A stretch of 64,000 nucleotides of DNA, taken from positions 1,001,773 through 1,065,772 of the forward strand of contig BDGG01000010.1 of the NCBI GenBank assembly GCA_001949185.1. The letters run 5' to 3'. The stretch is from Ramazzottius varieornatus (Eukaryota; Animalia; Tardigrada). The translations under genes were made by a program, and so were the position numbers. The notes beneath the pieces are model-generated. The model was given only the letters and a program-made list of their open reading frames with translations. It had not been told where the DNA came from and did no database searches. This document shows positions 1 through 12,193 of this stretch, one piece after another; position 1 is the stretch's first letter; the number at the start of each line of letters is the position of its first letter.

Positions 1-54
1 GCGTTTGGTACAGAGCAGCATTGAGCTCAGCGTAAGTATACGAAGAGCATAAAA

Positions 55-1359
55 CTACTGGCCAGGTGGACCTTGCATATGCGGCTGCTGGTACATTCCA
101 CTTCCGTCATCTGGTAAGTATCCCTGCTGCAATCCGGGCATCTGCTGCCCCGGCGCACCCTGTCTCCATGTCGCAGCCATTCGTGGTGAGATACTCTGAC
201 CATACGACGCGGGACTCGGGATGTTCGGCGAACCAGTCCGGAGACTTTGCATGGAATGAGGACCTGGCTGCTGCAGCATGGCGGCCAACGGCGAGACACC
301 ACCGCGCGGACCACCATAAGCACCCATACCTGGCTGGCCTTGGGGTGCTCCAGGCTGGTACCCTACTCCGCCGCCTACTGGCTGCACCTGCGGTGGTGTG
401 CCTTGATAGCCCACTGGCATCTGTGGACGACCATAAACACTAGACGGCGTGCCTTGTGGACGTTGGTGTTGGAGAGGCATCTGGTGTCGGTAGTTCATGT
501 TGGTTTGTGGCTGTTGCGGATAATTTGCTTGTGGCTGAGTATTTTGGTATGATTGGTATGGCGGAGGTGGCTGAGGTTGGAATGAAGCCTGAGCTGGCTG
601 AGAGGGTCCGCTGAGGTTGTTGGAAGAAGATAGTGGAGTAGATCGTTGAGTGGGGATATCTGGAGTACCGTGCATCCGCGAAGGCGTGGGAGTTGGCCGA
701 GAAGGTGGCTCGGAACCTGAAGGTTGTCGTGGCTGACGGGAAGAGGTAGATGCTGAAGTGGGCTCGTTGCTGTTCGGTTGCTTGGACGAAGATGCAGGCG
801 CGGAAGGTGTGCCATTGCGAAGAACGTCGGACCATTTTGTGATGTTGTCGTGATGCGAGCGGATCAACTTGTCTTTGCGTTCCATGGCTCGCCTCATATC
901 TCTCATTCTCTGAAACACCAGCACGTTTCACTGAAAAGCATCTTTAGCAGTCAAGAAAGGCTAGCATACGGCTGCGAGGACTTTTTCGGGGTGCTGCTGG
1001 GAGTAAGTCAGTTTGGCTTGATTAAGAAACTGCTCGAAGCGGGTGTGGGCCTCCACGAACTCTTTCGCGTCCTCGTCGGCGTGGAAGCGCAGTCCGTCCC
1101 CGGCTTCAGATGGCGAGAAACGTCCTGGACCATTGACATCCCCGATGCAGCTTCGGAGTATACGCTGTAATCAGAGTAGAAGATAGAATTGTTGATTTGT
1201 TATCGATTCTGTGCCAGCAGTGCAAATACGTACCTCAGTGGCTTCTTCCAGATGCTTTACGAAAGATTCGCTGTGGTTATTCTGTACGATGCTTGTATCG
1301 TCAACATTCATAGCAGTCTGAAGTCCGTTTCGGGAATGATCGCCGTGGCCGTTATCCAT
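55..1359 (-). CDS. MED28: Mediator subunit 28 with long Q/P/G/S-rich C-terminal tail (3 exons)
   Basis: Spliced translation MDNGHG..HLEEATE|RILRSCIG..EFVEAHTRFEQFLNQAKLTYSQQHPEKVLAA|RMRDMRRAMERKDKLIRSHHDNITKWSDVL matches the MED28 helical core (L.RKD.LI.KH..K...W..VL). GT-AG junctions keep frame. Confidence 0.8.
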
Positions 1360-1846
1360 ACTTCCGGTGATTCCTTCGCTGACGTCGCCGATCCCTCTGG
1401 ATGTTCTGCTGTTGGTTTGAGCTGTCCTATGTGATGCTAACAAGATCTGTGCTACAAGCGAGCCACAGTGCGACCTTCTGAAAATGATCGGATGAGTCTG
1501 AGGAAAGTCGGACGGAAAATGGGCTGAATGGAGAAAGCAAGCAGCAGGCTTAAGCAGCTCCCGACATGGTGTGCGTGATGTCATGAACCATAATGGATGT
1601 TGTTGCTGTTTAGGTCATGTGTAATATGTACGTAGTATAAGGTGTAATGTCACACAGCAGCAGGACTCAAAGCCTTGATTTCGAAGATTTGATTGAGTGG
1701 AAATACAGGTGAATGCACGCAGCAAATTCTTCAAATCGTTGATAGCTCCCTGTACTTCTGCTGGTTCCGCTCGACTGCATCGTTCCTGGTGTATTCGGAG
1801 GAGCAAGTAAGTTGGATAACGAGTCCACGATACATCCACGTCCACC

Positions 1847-2919
1847 ATGTCGGAATCCGGAAAGAAGCGCCCGGCGCCAACACGAACAACGAGCGCAGCT
1901 GATAGCATTTCCGAGGCAGTTCAACCAGCCAAGTCTGCTAAGTTATCGCAGGATCCTTCACCAGTGCTGACACTCACCTCCGAAATGGTTCTTGGAGCTA
2001 GTGCGGAATCATCTTCGAATCAGGCGCAGGATGACGGACAGTATCTGGACGGCGAAATTCCGGCTTCTGCCTTTCGTCTACCACAGGAAATGCTCGACTT
2101 TTCCGGCAACGAGTTGCCTAAACAAGTCACTGACAGTCTCGCGGATGTGCTGAGACGGACGACAGAATTGCAGCAGATTGTCGATCGCTGGATAAAGATC
2201 ACTCCCGCTGAGCGTTCAACCTATGTAAGTGCTCAGTTGTATCGGATGTAGTGGGAACAATCATATACACAGGTACCACCGCTAGAAGATCTTATTTCAC
2301 GTTATACAGTTTTCTCTGATAGTTCACAAATCCACTAGAAGAAGAAAGAATGTCATTATGGATCATGAACACAATAGTGTCTCTTGGAGAAGGTGCGTCA
2401 AAGCATAACATCGGTACCGTTTCATCCTTCATTGCTTCCTACACGTTTATGAGGCACCATTCAATTTACGTGCTTGAAATCGAAATGTCCAGTGACTAGA
2501 CTAGTACCCAAAGAGTCGTTGTTCTTTCTAGTGTATTGCCGGTTACAAGGAATGGATCCCGAGAAAGAAGGGCTAGATAAGCGGAAGGTTAGTGCCAAAC
2601 TCTCGACGCAACTTCCGCATACCGGAAGTAGGGCTTCATAACCTTTTCTTTCTTTTTTCTGCAGGGACTTCTTAGTCGTTATGCCAAGAAGTTCGAAGAG
2701 CTAGAACCTCACTCCCACCTGCTGAGTAGAGTCGATGCTGGACCAGCGACACGCCTCGATATGCCGGCTGTGAAGCGCTTCCTTAATTCCGCTCTAGTGG
2801 ACCGCGCAACAGGTACAGCACCCAGAATACCATTTCTTCAACCGTCACTAACGGTTCCCGTACACTATTGTTGTGTTCCAGAGAAGGGCGTTCAACCCGG
2901 TGCAATGGATATCTCGTAA
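1847..2919 (+). CDS. C1D: Nuclear exosome cofactor C1D/Rrp47 with N-terminal extension (about 5 exons)
   Basis: Spliced exons give NPLEEERMSLWIMNTIVSL..VYCRLQGMDPEKE..LDMPAVKRFLNSAL, matching the C1D motifs DPLE.A.., YL..QG.NP.EH and LD..AA.RF...AL. Stop TAA at 2917-2919. Confidence 0.75.
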
Positions 2920-3234
2920 ATTCTGTCTTGCGGAGGAAAGCGGAAGTCTTCTTCTTTCAAAGAGATCGCTTTGTTTATCACATGCCTCTTTTTCTCACAG
3001 AAGTTCTATCCAAAAACGAAAACCCCAAGATTGACTAGAAAGTTTTGTAGAAAGAATAACTCAAAGTTTCTCTTCCGAGTTTAACAAGAAAATCAAACAT
3101 GTCCAAATGATCATGATGTATTTTGATGTTTTATAAGTTCGACTCTTTGTTGCGGTCTACTGTTTTACTTGATGTTGCTGGGCTTGATACTCGGTCTCGT
3201 CTTTTGAACGATGGCATATCCTGCAACAAGTTGC

Positions 3235-5302
3235 TCATACCCCGCGATTCAAGATTGCGTCTAGTTTTGAGGGATAAACGCACTTCACAGCACCGCTCAC
3301 ATTCACACCACTCGAAGGCGTTACAGCCTTCAAGCCTTTAACTACCTTGTGCTCCTCGCAGAAGACTTGGTGAGAACTGTCCACCATTTTGCAACCTGCC
3401 AAAACAATTTAGGCATAATCCATCATGTTTTGGAAAAAATCTATTTTCCAGTAGTTCTGTCGATAAGTTTTTCACCATCTGATCGAAACTCGATCCACGA
3501 TTTCAGATTTGCTCGAAAGAAACCATTTCGAAAAAATCTAACAAAAATCTCCACAAAAAGATTTTTGGTTCACTGGACTTATAATATCATCATTGCATGT
3601 TTTTTCGGCTCTTCTGACTTACAGCGACAGCGGATCTCGAACGTACTGAGCATTTTCCTACAATTATTCTTACCAGAAAGTTTTGCACATGGATAATGAA
3701 AGCTCTTCGAGCACGCTCCAGGCGCCGAACAACCCATCGTCGCTCCTTTCCGTTTACAAATTGAGCAAACCTGCAACGAAGACTAAAGTTCAAATTACTT
3801 TGCCCATTCAGTGAACAACCCAAATAGGCAATTACATCAACGTACCGTTTTGGCATCGTCGAAGAGTACTTGAAGGTCGACAATCGCAAAGCCGATCATT
3901 CTGAAATTCGACGACCATTCCAGACACTTCTCATGCAGATAGACCGACCCATGACTTCCGCTTGTACTGTTGTCACCAGGTTTCTTCTGCGTCACTACTG
4001 CAGCTCTTCCCGGCATCACAATCGGTCCTATCAAGTCTCCCATCGCGGTCTCCCTTTCCGCCGCTGGGTCCAAATGACAGAACGCACAGACGAAAGGTTC
4101 TTCCAGCACCACGCCCGTCTGTTTCTCCGGCTTATACTTCATCTTCTGCGCAGCTTCCGGTAAAGCCAAGTGCGCTTCGAAGTTATCCACAATGATATTC
4201 GGTAACGGGACACTTTTACCATTGAAACTAGCTTTGTCTGCTTCGTCGTCCGACTCTTTGGTCGCGATGAAGGAGCGGATGTAAGGACCGAAGTAGCCAG
4301 CATCTTCCTTCTTGATGGGCTTTTTCTTGTTGCTGTCGAAGCGGTTGCTGATCTTGCTCTTGATCTCATCCATTTCGGCAGCGTAGTCGGTGGCCAGAGT
4401 GTTGGTCTTGCGGGGACGTCCGCGACCACGTTTACCGCTTTTGGTGACGCCTTTCAGCTTTTGCATGTCCCGCTGCTTCTTCGACTCGGCTTTCTGCATG
4501 GCGGTCATGGGTTTCCGACCGCGTGGATCTTTTTTCTTGGGGGACGAAGGACTGGCTTTTGAGCTGGAAGGTGCGGGAACGAAGATGGTGTTGGCTTTGA
4601 AGGGCGGAACTTTCAAACTGGCTGGCATCGCTTGTCCCTGTAAAGATATCGGCCGTCAGAAAGAAAAGCCAGGATGCTGGCTATCACAGTAAAGACGTCA
4701 ACAATCAAGACCCGTAAAAGAATTCAGAACTTCAAAATCGAATGTGCTCACGTTCGGAATATCAATAGGAAACGTCATATTTTGATCAGCCTTGCGATAC
4801 TAAGATGAAAAAGACATAACATAAACCTAATTGAAATTTATCTATAAGATTAAAAAATTCGAACGTGCAACTTTTTCGAATTTCAAAAGATCGGTATTAT
4901 AGGTGCGAAAATTTGTGAAAGTTGGTGAAAGTTCGAGTATGACATGGTTATTCTGGTTACCGGTGGGATGATGGGTGCCATGAGTCCTTTGCGAACATAG
5001 ACAACCGAGCCAGGAGCCGCACGTTGAGGCAGCGGAGCCGGTATGCCGAAAGAGCCACCGGGACTGGGAGAGATCGATACGTAGCGTATAGTTGGACTTT
5101 GTGCAGGTGCGATGAAGCGTACTACTGGTGCGGCTGGAGGGAGTGCTCGAGCCGGCAGTGGAGCTTGGGCAAAGGAGGGAGAAAGACGGGGCAGCTGGAA
5201 CTGCACGGACTGACCGGAAGTCGGCAGTGAACCTAGTCGGATACCTCCCAACGTGACTGGCTGAGCTGGAAGACCCGCCGAAGTTGAGGGAACATCAGAC
5301 AT
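3235..5302 (-). CDS. TCF20/RAI1-like chromatin protein with AT-hook and C-terminal extended PHD (ePHD) finger
   Basis: AT-hook KRGRGRPRK; CAFC..GDLIGP..HEKCLEWS|VCSICKRKGATMGC..CSKSFHYPCA|..VFCEEH is the ePHD pattern. Exact last exon and stop are uncertain (about 3235-3255). Confidence 0.75.
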
Positions 5303-6636
5303 CTTCCACGGGGTTTACTCTATCGAACCTGGAAAGAAGGAGAAGAGTTGCTTTAGAAGTATTGTTTCACTGTATTTTTGATGGCAAGACTGGCAAGATA
5401 TCGAACAGGAATATCCCTGTAAAGGAAGAAATTTCATCTACATGTAAATCAACTGTTCAAAAGAAAATATCACTGCGGTGCATTCGTGTGCTCGCTTTAT
5501 ACAAGAAACTTAGCGTTGATTAGTGGGCTATATATATATGCGACTGGCATAGATCATTATTAATAGGATTTCAAGCTCTTATTAATCACTTCCACTCGTG
5601 AGATCGATTGTCTTTTGGTGACAAAAAGAGATAGAACATTTCCCTAGATATTGTTTTCAGGTTGAGTCTGAGTAAAAGTGACACATGTTCCTGATAAAAA
5701 AAGAAAGGCTTTGGTATTAAGGTCCAACTAGCAATTAAGAGGAAAAAACGGAAAGGTTGATGGACAAACGACTAATGTCCAACCTAACCTCATCTCACCC
5801 ATATGATGGCTTGGTTAAGGACTCATAAAGTGCAAGGGGGATCTCACCTGACGGAAACGAGGCTTGTTAGAAGAAACCGTCGAGTTCGCGGATCGTCGGC
5901 CGGGATATCAACAATCGGTTATTCGCCAAAAACCTGCAATATGAAAAGACATGCATAATATATCTTCCGATCTTCATGGATTTAAATTCCCCACCACAGA
6001 GTTTACGAGAAGGCATCTTCAGACAAAGCGCTGTCTTGTACCTTCACGAACGTTTTCCGACTTGAAGAAGACCAGAAGTAGAACGGAAACCAAAGTGGGA
6101 AAACCGGAGAGACTTCTAAAGACCCGATCGCGAGCATCCAGGATAATTATGCTTGAAAATACGTTCTGCTGTACTGTAGATAAGATCCGCCCTCCAAGGG
6201 TGTTCACTACCGATGTTTATCGGTGCCGAAAAGATATACGCCAATCACAGAAATCGGTTCCCATTGCATGCCGTAAGGTAACGACGCTTAATGCTACATC
6301 GAGAAAACCCGGGCTTTTTTCCTCCTGATGGCTTACCACTGTAAGCAGAATATATTTTGTTCACCTTTCTTGAGACCGGCGTTGTAAAACATATTCGTAC
6401 TCAATTTATCAATTTATCCGAGTGTATCAACAAGTCCATAGCCACTTCTAACTCAATCCAGAATATTCGGAGTACCATTGCAGGTCCGAAGATTATATTT
6501 GAGCTGCAGGAAGGTGAAATAATTACCATAGACTCAAAGTAGGGTTCTCCCGCAGTCCCTAACACTTCTCGCACCATCGTATTCGCTGACCACCTTCAGC
6601 ACTAAATATTATGGGAAAATAAATTTCTTTTTGAGT

Positions 6637-7202
6637 CTAAAATGCGGATCCGATGCAGCGTCCTCTTGTAAATGCCGTATTGGAGGTACACCGGCACGGG
6701 CTCGCGCATGGCGAACTGGCGCTGCAAAGGGACCCCCCGCTGCAGGAAGGAGGGAGTTTATGCGTCATTTTCTTGATGTCTGAAACAAACTTATTGAGCT
6801 TTAGGGTTGTATTTCGGGCGCTGTTTGCCGGAAGAGCTCGGGATGGTTTACCTGGCTTTGTTTGGTTAGTAGTTCTACCGCCCGATCCCGCCGTTCCACC
6901 AAGTTGCCTGTCAAACTCTGCAAAATGTAAAGTAGATTAGATGTACGGTTAGAACATGCGTTGAGCGCACATAGATTTTTTAAAGTGGAGATGGTACTAA
7001 AGAGCTGTTTACGGGAAACACTAGGATGTGGCACACCAGGGATGAATGCTCCTTCTGGTCCCGTATTTATAACCAGCGCGGAAGTCTGGACTCCGACCAC
7101 ACGAGGCGGATTAACTATTGGATTATCAGACTGGACAGAGCGGATGTTGACGGCGAAGTGAGCAGTGATAATTAGAAGCGTGCTACAGCAAAGACTATCC
7201 AT
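6637..7202 (-). CDS. Small secreted cysteine-rich (knottin-like) prepropeptide, 3 coding exons
   Basis: Hydrophobic N-terminus MDSLCCSTLLIITAHFAVNIRSVQS. Two phase-1 GT-AG introns (both donors GTAAAC) join in frame to DIKKMTHKLPPSCSGGSLCSASSPCASPCRCTSNTAFTRGRCIGSAF*. Confidence 0.65.
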
Positions 7203-7432
7203 ATCCAGGGTGGAACCGGAAAGTACCGGTAGCTTGGGAGGGCAGAACTGGTTTAGCAGAGGCTTTCTTCTGTAGGTGGTCGTCCTCTTGCGCAACAACC
7301 GGGTATCGTCCACAGAGTCCTGCAAAAAATCTCTAAAGGAATTTGAACTGCCGATTGAGTGCCGAATATGCAAAATAGTTCAGAATTCAGATTTATTGAC
7401 TTTGAGAACTTGTTGCACCACACGTGCAGCTT

Positions 7433-7494
7433 CAACAACAACAACACAACAACACAACAACAACAACAACAACGACAATAACAACAGCAACAAC
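7433..7494. repeat. Imperfect (CAA)n microsatellite
   Basis: Directly visible run caacaacaacaaca... Confidence 0.95.
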
Positions 7495-8087
7495 GAAGAC
7501 AGTAACCTACTGTAGTTACTCCGTGGTTCGTAGGCATGCTGGTTGGAAAGATGAGCCATGGTCGAGCAGGTTTACTGGGCCATGACACTTCGGAATTTAT
7601 ATCGTGTATCATCTGATTCCCGCGGCAATACCTGCGGACTTGAAATGCGAAGGCCCACACAAAGCACGTATGAAGGACCTTATCCGTTTTCTAGCTTTGG
7701 TTCGTTATTACGGTACACTGGGTTGTAAGCCACAACGTTGATTTTCATGCAGCCAGTGCTGTAAACTATCGGGTGTTTTCCATGTTGTCCGACGAGTTTT
7801 CCGTCAACGGACAACTCTGAAAATAAACAATGCAGAGACCGTATATTCCTTACAGAAGGTCGCTGACGTCAGCGGAAGTGAACACCCACATCTCAGTTGA
7901 TTCACCTGTTGATTGGCAAAGTCCGAACTGTCACTCCATCTTTCCATAATATGTTTCTCCACTTTGGCGTGTTCTCGCTTGACTCGCTTTTGCTTAGGAC
8001 ACATGATCGTCAACGTAAACGATCAGTACTCAGTAGACATCTAGGAACCTGTGATCTTTTTCCATATTAAGCTGAACGGGATTCCAT

Positions 8088-10190
8088 ATGATCATGGCGT
8101 TCCTGTCCTCGCAGCCCAAGCGATCCATGTTCCAGCTAAACGAGTCGGACCTCATGTGCAAGAACGCTTGTGGATTTTATGGCAATCCCGAATGGCGTGG
8201 ACTGTGTTCCCAGTGTTTCCGGGAATATCAGAAGAAGGCCGAAGCGTCTCGGAGCCGTCATCCACTCAGAGGGAAGGAAACCTTGACTGAGCAAACAACG
8301 AAGCATCAGACGCCCCCGTCCGTAGGATCGTCCACCTTGTCCCAAACAGTGTCTACCGTCAAAACTGCGCTATCTCCCTTTGACAAATTCGTGTCTAAGA
8401 AAAAGCAGCAGTCTGAGAGAAAGACACATACAGTAAAATCCATCTTTGCTGGAGCTGCACCTAAAGGTAAGATTGAAATGGGGAACGAACAACATGAACC
8501 TCCGTAGACACGTACCTGCGTACTTGCGGTTCGCAGGTGGTGTACGTCTGCTATGTACGCAGGTGCTCGAAGAACGGCGAGTACATCCATATTTGCATCT
8601 GGATACGGAACTTGTCTATTTTCCAAAGTCGAACGGAAGTTTCATTTTCTGTTTCAGATGCAGAGCCAGAGCACGCTCGTCCGACGAGGCAGGTCAGCGC
8701 AGATGTCCAGCACGTTGTTAGAGAATTCAACGAGTACCTCCAAACCCTTCCCAAGCCCATCGCAAGTGATATCGCCAAGCGCATCCAGACCGTCGCCAAT
8801 AAGCTCCTCGACTATTCCGCCGTGGATTATTCCATAGACGAACTAACGAAGATTGCTGGTAACTTCTATGAAGAGTTTTCAGATCGACTTACCAGAAACG
8901 AGCTGTTCGCAGGTGAGTCTGCCGAGGGTAGTGACCGCAGCTTCCGGATGGTTCACCCTGTTCGGGACTTGACGATGTAATCCCTTTTTAGGTTTGGACG
9001 AAGCATCCACAACAAAGATTATGGATTACGCCGAAAGCTATATCCTCATAAGGAGCTACAAGAATCTCTTTTGTCCGCCCACCACGGACGACGAAGACAA
9101 AGATCTTCAAACCCAGAAACAGATCAGGAAGCTGAACTGGGTGACTGCTCAGCGTCTCGGTGCCACCGTCGACGAGATGAACCCTGATGTTCGCGAACAT
9201 ATAGATCTCGCTATCACAGGTATGTATTGTCGTTGTCCTCGACAATGAAGTTTAGAAACCGAAACACAAAAGGTCGGTCAACACGATATGCACAGTTTTC
9301 ACAGCCTGCATACAGGAACCCATGAATTTCGCCTGTGGTTCGTGTGTGCAGGTGTTTCCTAGATGGTTACATTTTACAATAGCCAGCGTATGGTTTGTCC
9401 TCCAGCTTCCCGAGCCCTTACGGTAATCGATGGATTGTGGATGCATGGAAAACCTACTGTTTGTTTCAGATATAATCGAAATCGACACGAAGAAGACAGT
9501 GGATGCCAAGTTGAAGTGCGTCGTGTCCTGTTGTCGCAACATCGCCCAGATGTTGCAGTTATCGGGCAACGGTCCGCCAAGTGCCGACCAGTTCCTGCCA
9601 GCTGTCATCTATGTGGTTCTCAAAGCAAACCCTCCAAGGATGCAGAGTAACATCAAGTTCATCACACGTTTCGCAAACCCGAACAGACTACGGACAGGCG
9701 AGGCTGGCTACTTCTTCACGAACCTATGCTGTGCCCTGTCCTTCATCGAGAGCATGGACGCAAAGTCGCTGGAGATGACGGAGGACGAGTTCCAACTGTA
9801 CATGAGCGGGGAGATCAGTTCTTCAAGCCTTCACGAACAGCAGGCTTTTATGTGCGATGGCTTGAGACAGATGAACAAGAACCTTCAAATTCTCAACGAA
9901 CTCAAACAACGCCAGGTAAAACTTTCGTTCTTTCCTTTGAGACGTTTTAGTCTGTCATTACTATCTGATATTTTCTATAGGCTCGACTGGACGAGAAGAT
10001 CAAAGCCGAGCAGGAACTCATGGAGGATTTCTTCGCTTCCTGTATGCGGAAGATACAGGAAGGTCGCGAGAAGTATCCCTTGATAGTCAAGCCAAGACGG
10101 CAACTTCCGGTCTTTACTTTCGGGCCTGCCAATAACGCGAGTAAAGAAAACATACAAGACTCTTTGAACCCTTCGTGGGCGGATAGCTAG
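8088..10190 (+). CDS. RABGEF1: Rab5 GEF Rabex-5 (A20 zinc finger, helical bundle, VPS9 domain, coiled coil)
   Basis: A20 finger CKNACGFYGNPEWRGLCSQC; LFCPPTTDDEDKDL; VPS9 motifs SADQFLP..KANPPRMQSNIKFITRF..GEAGYFFTNLCCA. Last exon 9981-10190 is in frame. Confidence 0.95.
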
Positions 10191-10796
10191 CCGATCTGAA
10201 TTAAACACTGCTTTTGATATTGTGATCTAGTCGTTTTCCATTTTTGAGAGTCTTATGTGCGCATCATATTGGGTTAGTTTTCAGAACAGCCTTCTGTCGT
10301 TTTGATATTCTTGCTTCCTTATTGTTTTATCTCTAAAACTGACAGATTCTCAACTATACATAGGGCTTAATAGAAATAAAATCACTGGGTATTATCGACA
10401 TGTTCCCTAGTGGGTATGAGGACTACGAACTACCATCTCGATTCTTCTGTACACTTGTACAGGTTTACTCCTGGTGGAAATCCTTATCTTGCCAACGTCT
10501 TGCTGGATCAGTTCCACAAAATCTACCTGGCTAACGTAATTACTTTACGTACAGTGCAAGAGCATGCATCTCTCCGATGATCACTTGGTCTTCTCAAATT
10601 GGTGAGTGATAACCGATGTCACATGACTACCGGAATTATTAGGGAAACATGACCTAAAAGTAGCTTGACGTGGACAACCGGCTTCTGTTAAATCGGCAAT
10701 TCAGTCGACGCTCGTGCCCTGATGTAGGGTATTCACGAGAACCCAACAAAGCTGGACGCGGCCTGAACATCCGTAAACTCTGTTACTGATTCAATA

Positions 10797-11228
10797 AGGG
10801 CTTACAAAGATCAGACTGGCTTGGTGGTGTAATTACACCAGCTACTTTGGTGGATACGCCCAGAGAACTTTTTTGGCCAGTTAGGAAAGCGGTGTGACGG
10901 CTCGCTTTGAAAGCCCCGCCCTGCAGGTAAGTACGATCGGAGGATTATGAGATCTTTGATGTCGGAGCAACCACCATACACTCACCAGTAGGACGAGTAG
11001 CAAGAAACTTCATTATGGAAGTGACATTTGACAGTTTAGAGGGGAGTACAGCGTACTTGGGATGTGGGTTAAGTCTGGTGCAATTACGAGTCGCTCCGGA
11101 ACGACTCGTAATTACACCGAAAGTGTAACGTCTGGTATAAAGAATAGGCCCATCGTAAGGGTGTGGGTGGAGCTAATTACACCAGCGTTATGATTCCACC
11201 AGCGGTGTAATCTATCTTTGTAAGCCCT
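10797..11228. mobile_element. Non-autonomous DNA transposon (MITE family A), copy 1
   Basis: TIRs AGGGCTTACAAAGA / TCTTTGTAAGCCCT with TA on both flanks; co-linear second copy at 50914-51328; no ORF. Confidence 0.9.
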
Positions 11229-11797
11229 TAATACTTGAACAGCGCATAGAAGGCTATAGTTGCATACTGTGATGCTTCGTGAACTTCTCGAAGTACGTCA
11301 TTATACGCGCGAAACATCCCTTAGGGGGCTGGTAGGGCAAAATTTTCGGACCGGGGTTCAACCGTACGCGTATGATCACGTGATTCGCGACGTTCAAGAA
11401 GCATTACAGTATATGTCGGACACAGGCTACAGATGGTCCAGTTCTCTGAGTCAAGAATCGAAGGCGGCCGTTTCTCCCGTTTATCCACAAGCGCAATATC
11501 CATTTTGTTGAACTTATGGAAGGTCAAATGACGTCGTCAGTACTAACTGGCGCGCGACTAGTTGAATCCAGCGATAATTCCGCGTTCGTCTAACCGCTAC
11601 CACATCGAAAGGTCATTGCTGGGCGACATCTGCTTTCGCATGAGCAGTGTCAAGAACCTTTCATGGAAGAAACATTCCGATTTCAGTCAAAGCAACGTCA
11701 ATGCTCTGCGAGAAAGATGCTTCAAATGTTTCGACCGACTGGGTGGAAAACAAATACATAGGCTGTTGGTTTCAGGGTCAAATTTTTCATTCGTAGT

Positions 11798-12069
11798 TGT
11801 GTCCACAAGACTGCAAATGTGGTCCACTTGGCGCTGGATTCGAAAAACCGAGATGTCGGAATATGGCTCCGGCAGTTGTTATTGCGGTTGGCACTGAAGC
11901 GCTGAAACTGTTATTCATATCATTGACGGCTACGTTCTATCCACAGGTACGAGCCAAGACAAGTCGACTTCCGCTCGAACAACCACGGCCTACCACTGTC
12001 GGTGCAGGACCTGCAATCTCTACGACCACTCGCTCTTCGTTTGATGGAAGCCGTGCTGATGTACAATAA
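11798..12069 (+). CDS. Putative 3' exons of a small cysteine-containing protein, or pseudogene
   Basis: After acceptor ttcattcgtag the frame reads LCPQDCKCGPLGAGFEKPRC. A possible in-frame intron (about 11888-11946) precedes an S/T/P-rich tail. Upstream exons are unresolved. Confidence 0.3.
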
Positions 12070-12193
12070 CTAATCTAGCAGAGAAGATAAATCTCGTAAT
12101 AGTATACCAACCAAATATATATAACTTATTTCGTACTTCGGCTTCACACCTGACTTTCATCATAATACAGTATAACATACAGTCCTCAGGTAA

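Noticed and set aside
7253-7660. Poly-Cys / poly-Asn ORFs
   Set aside because: Translation artefacts of the CAA microsatellite.
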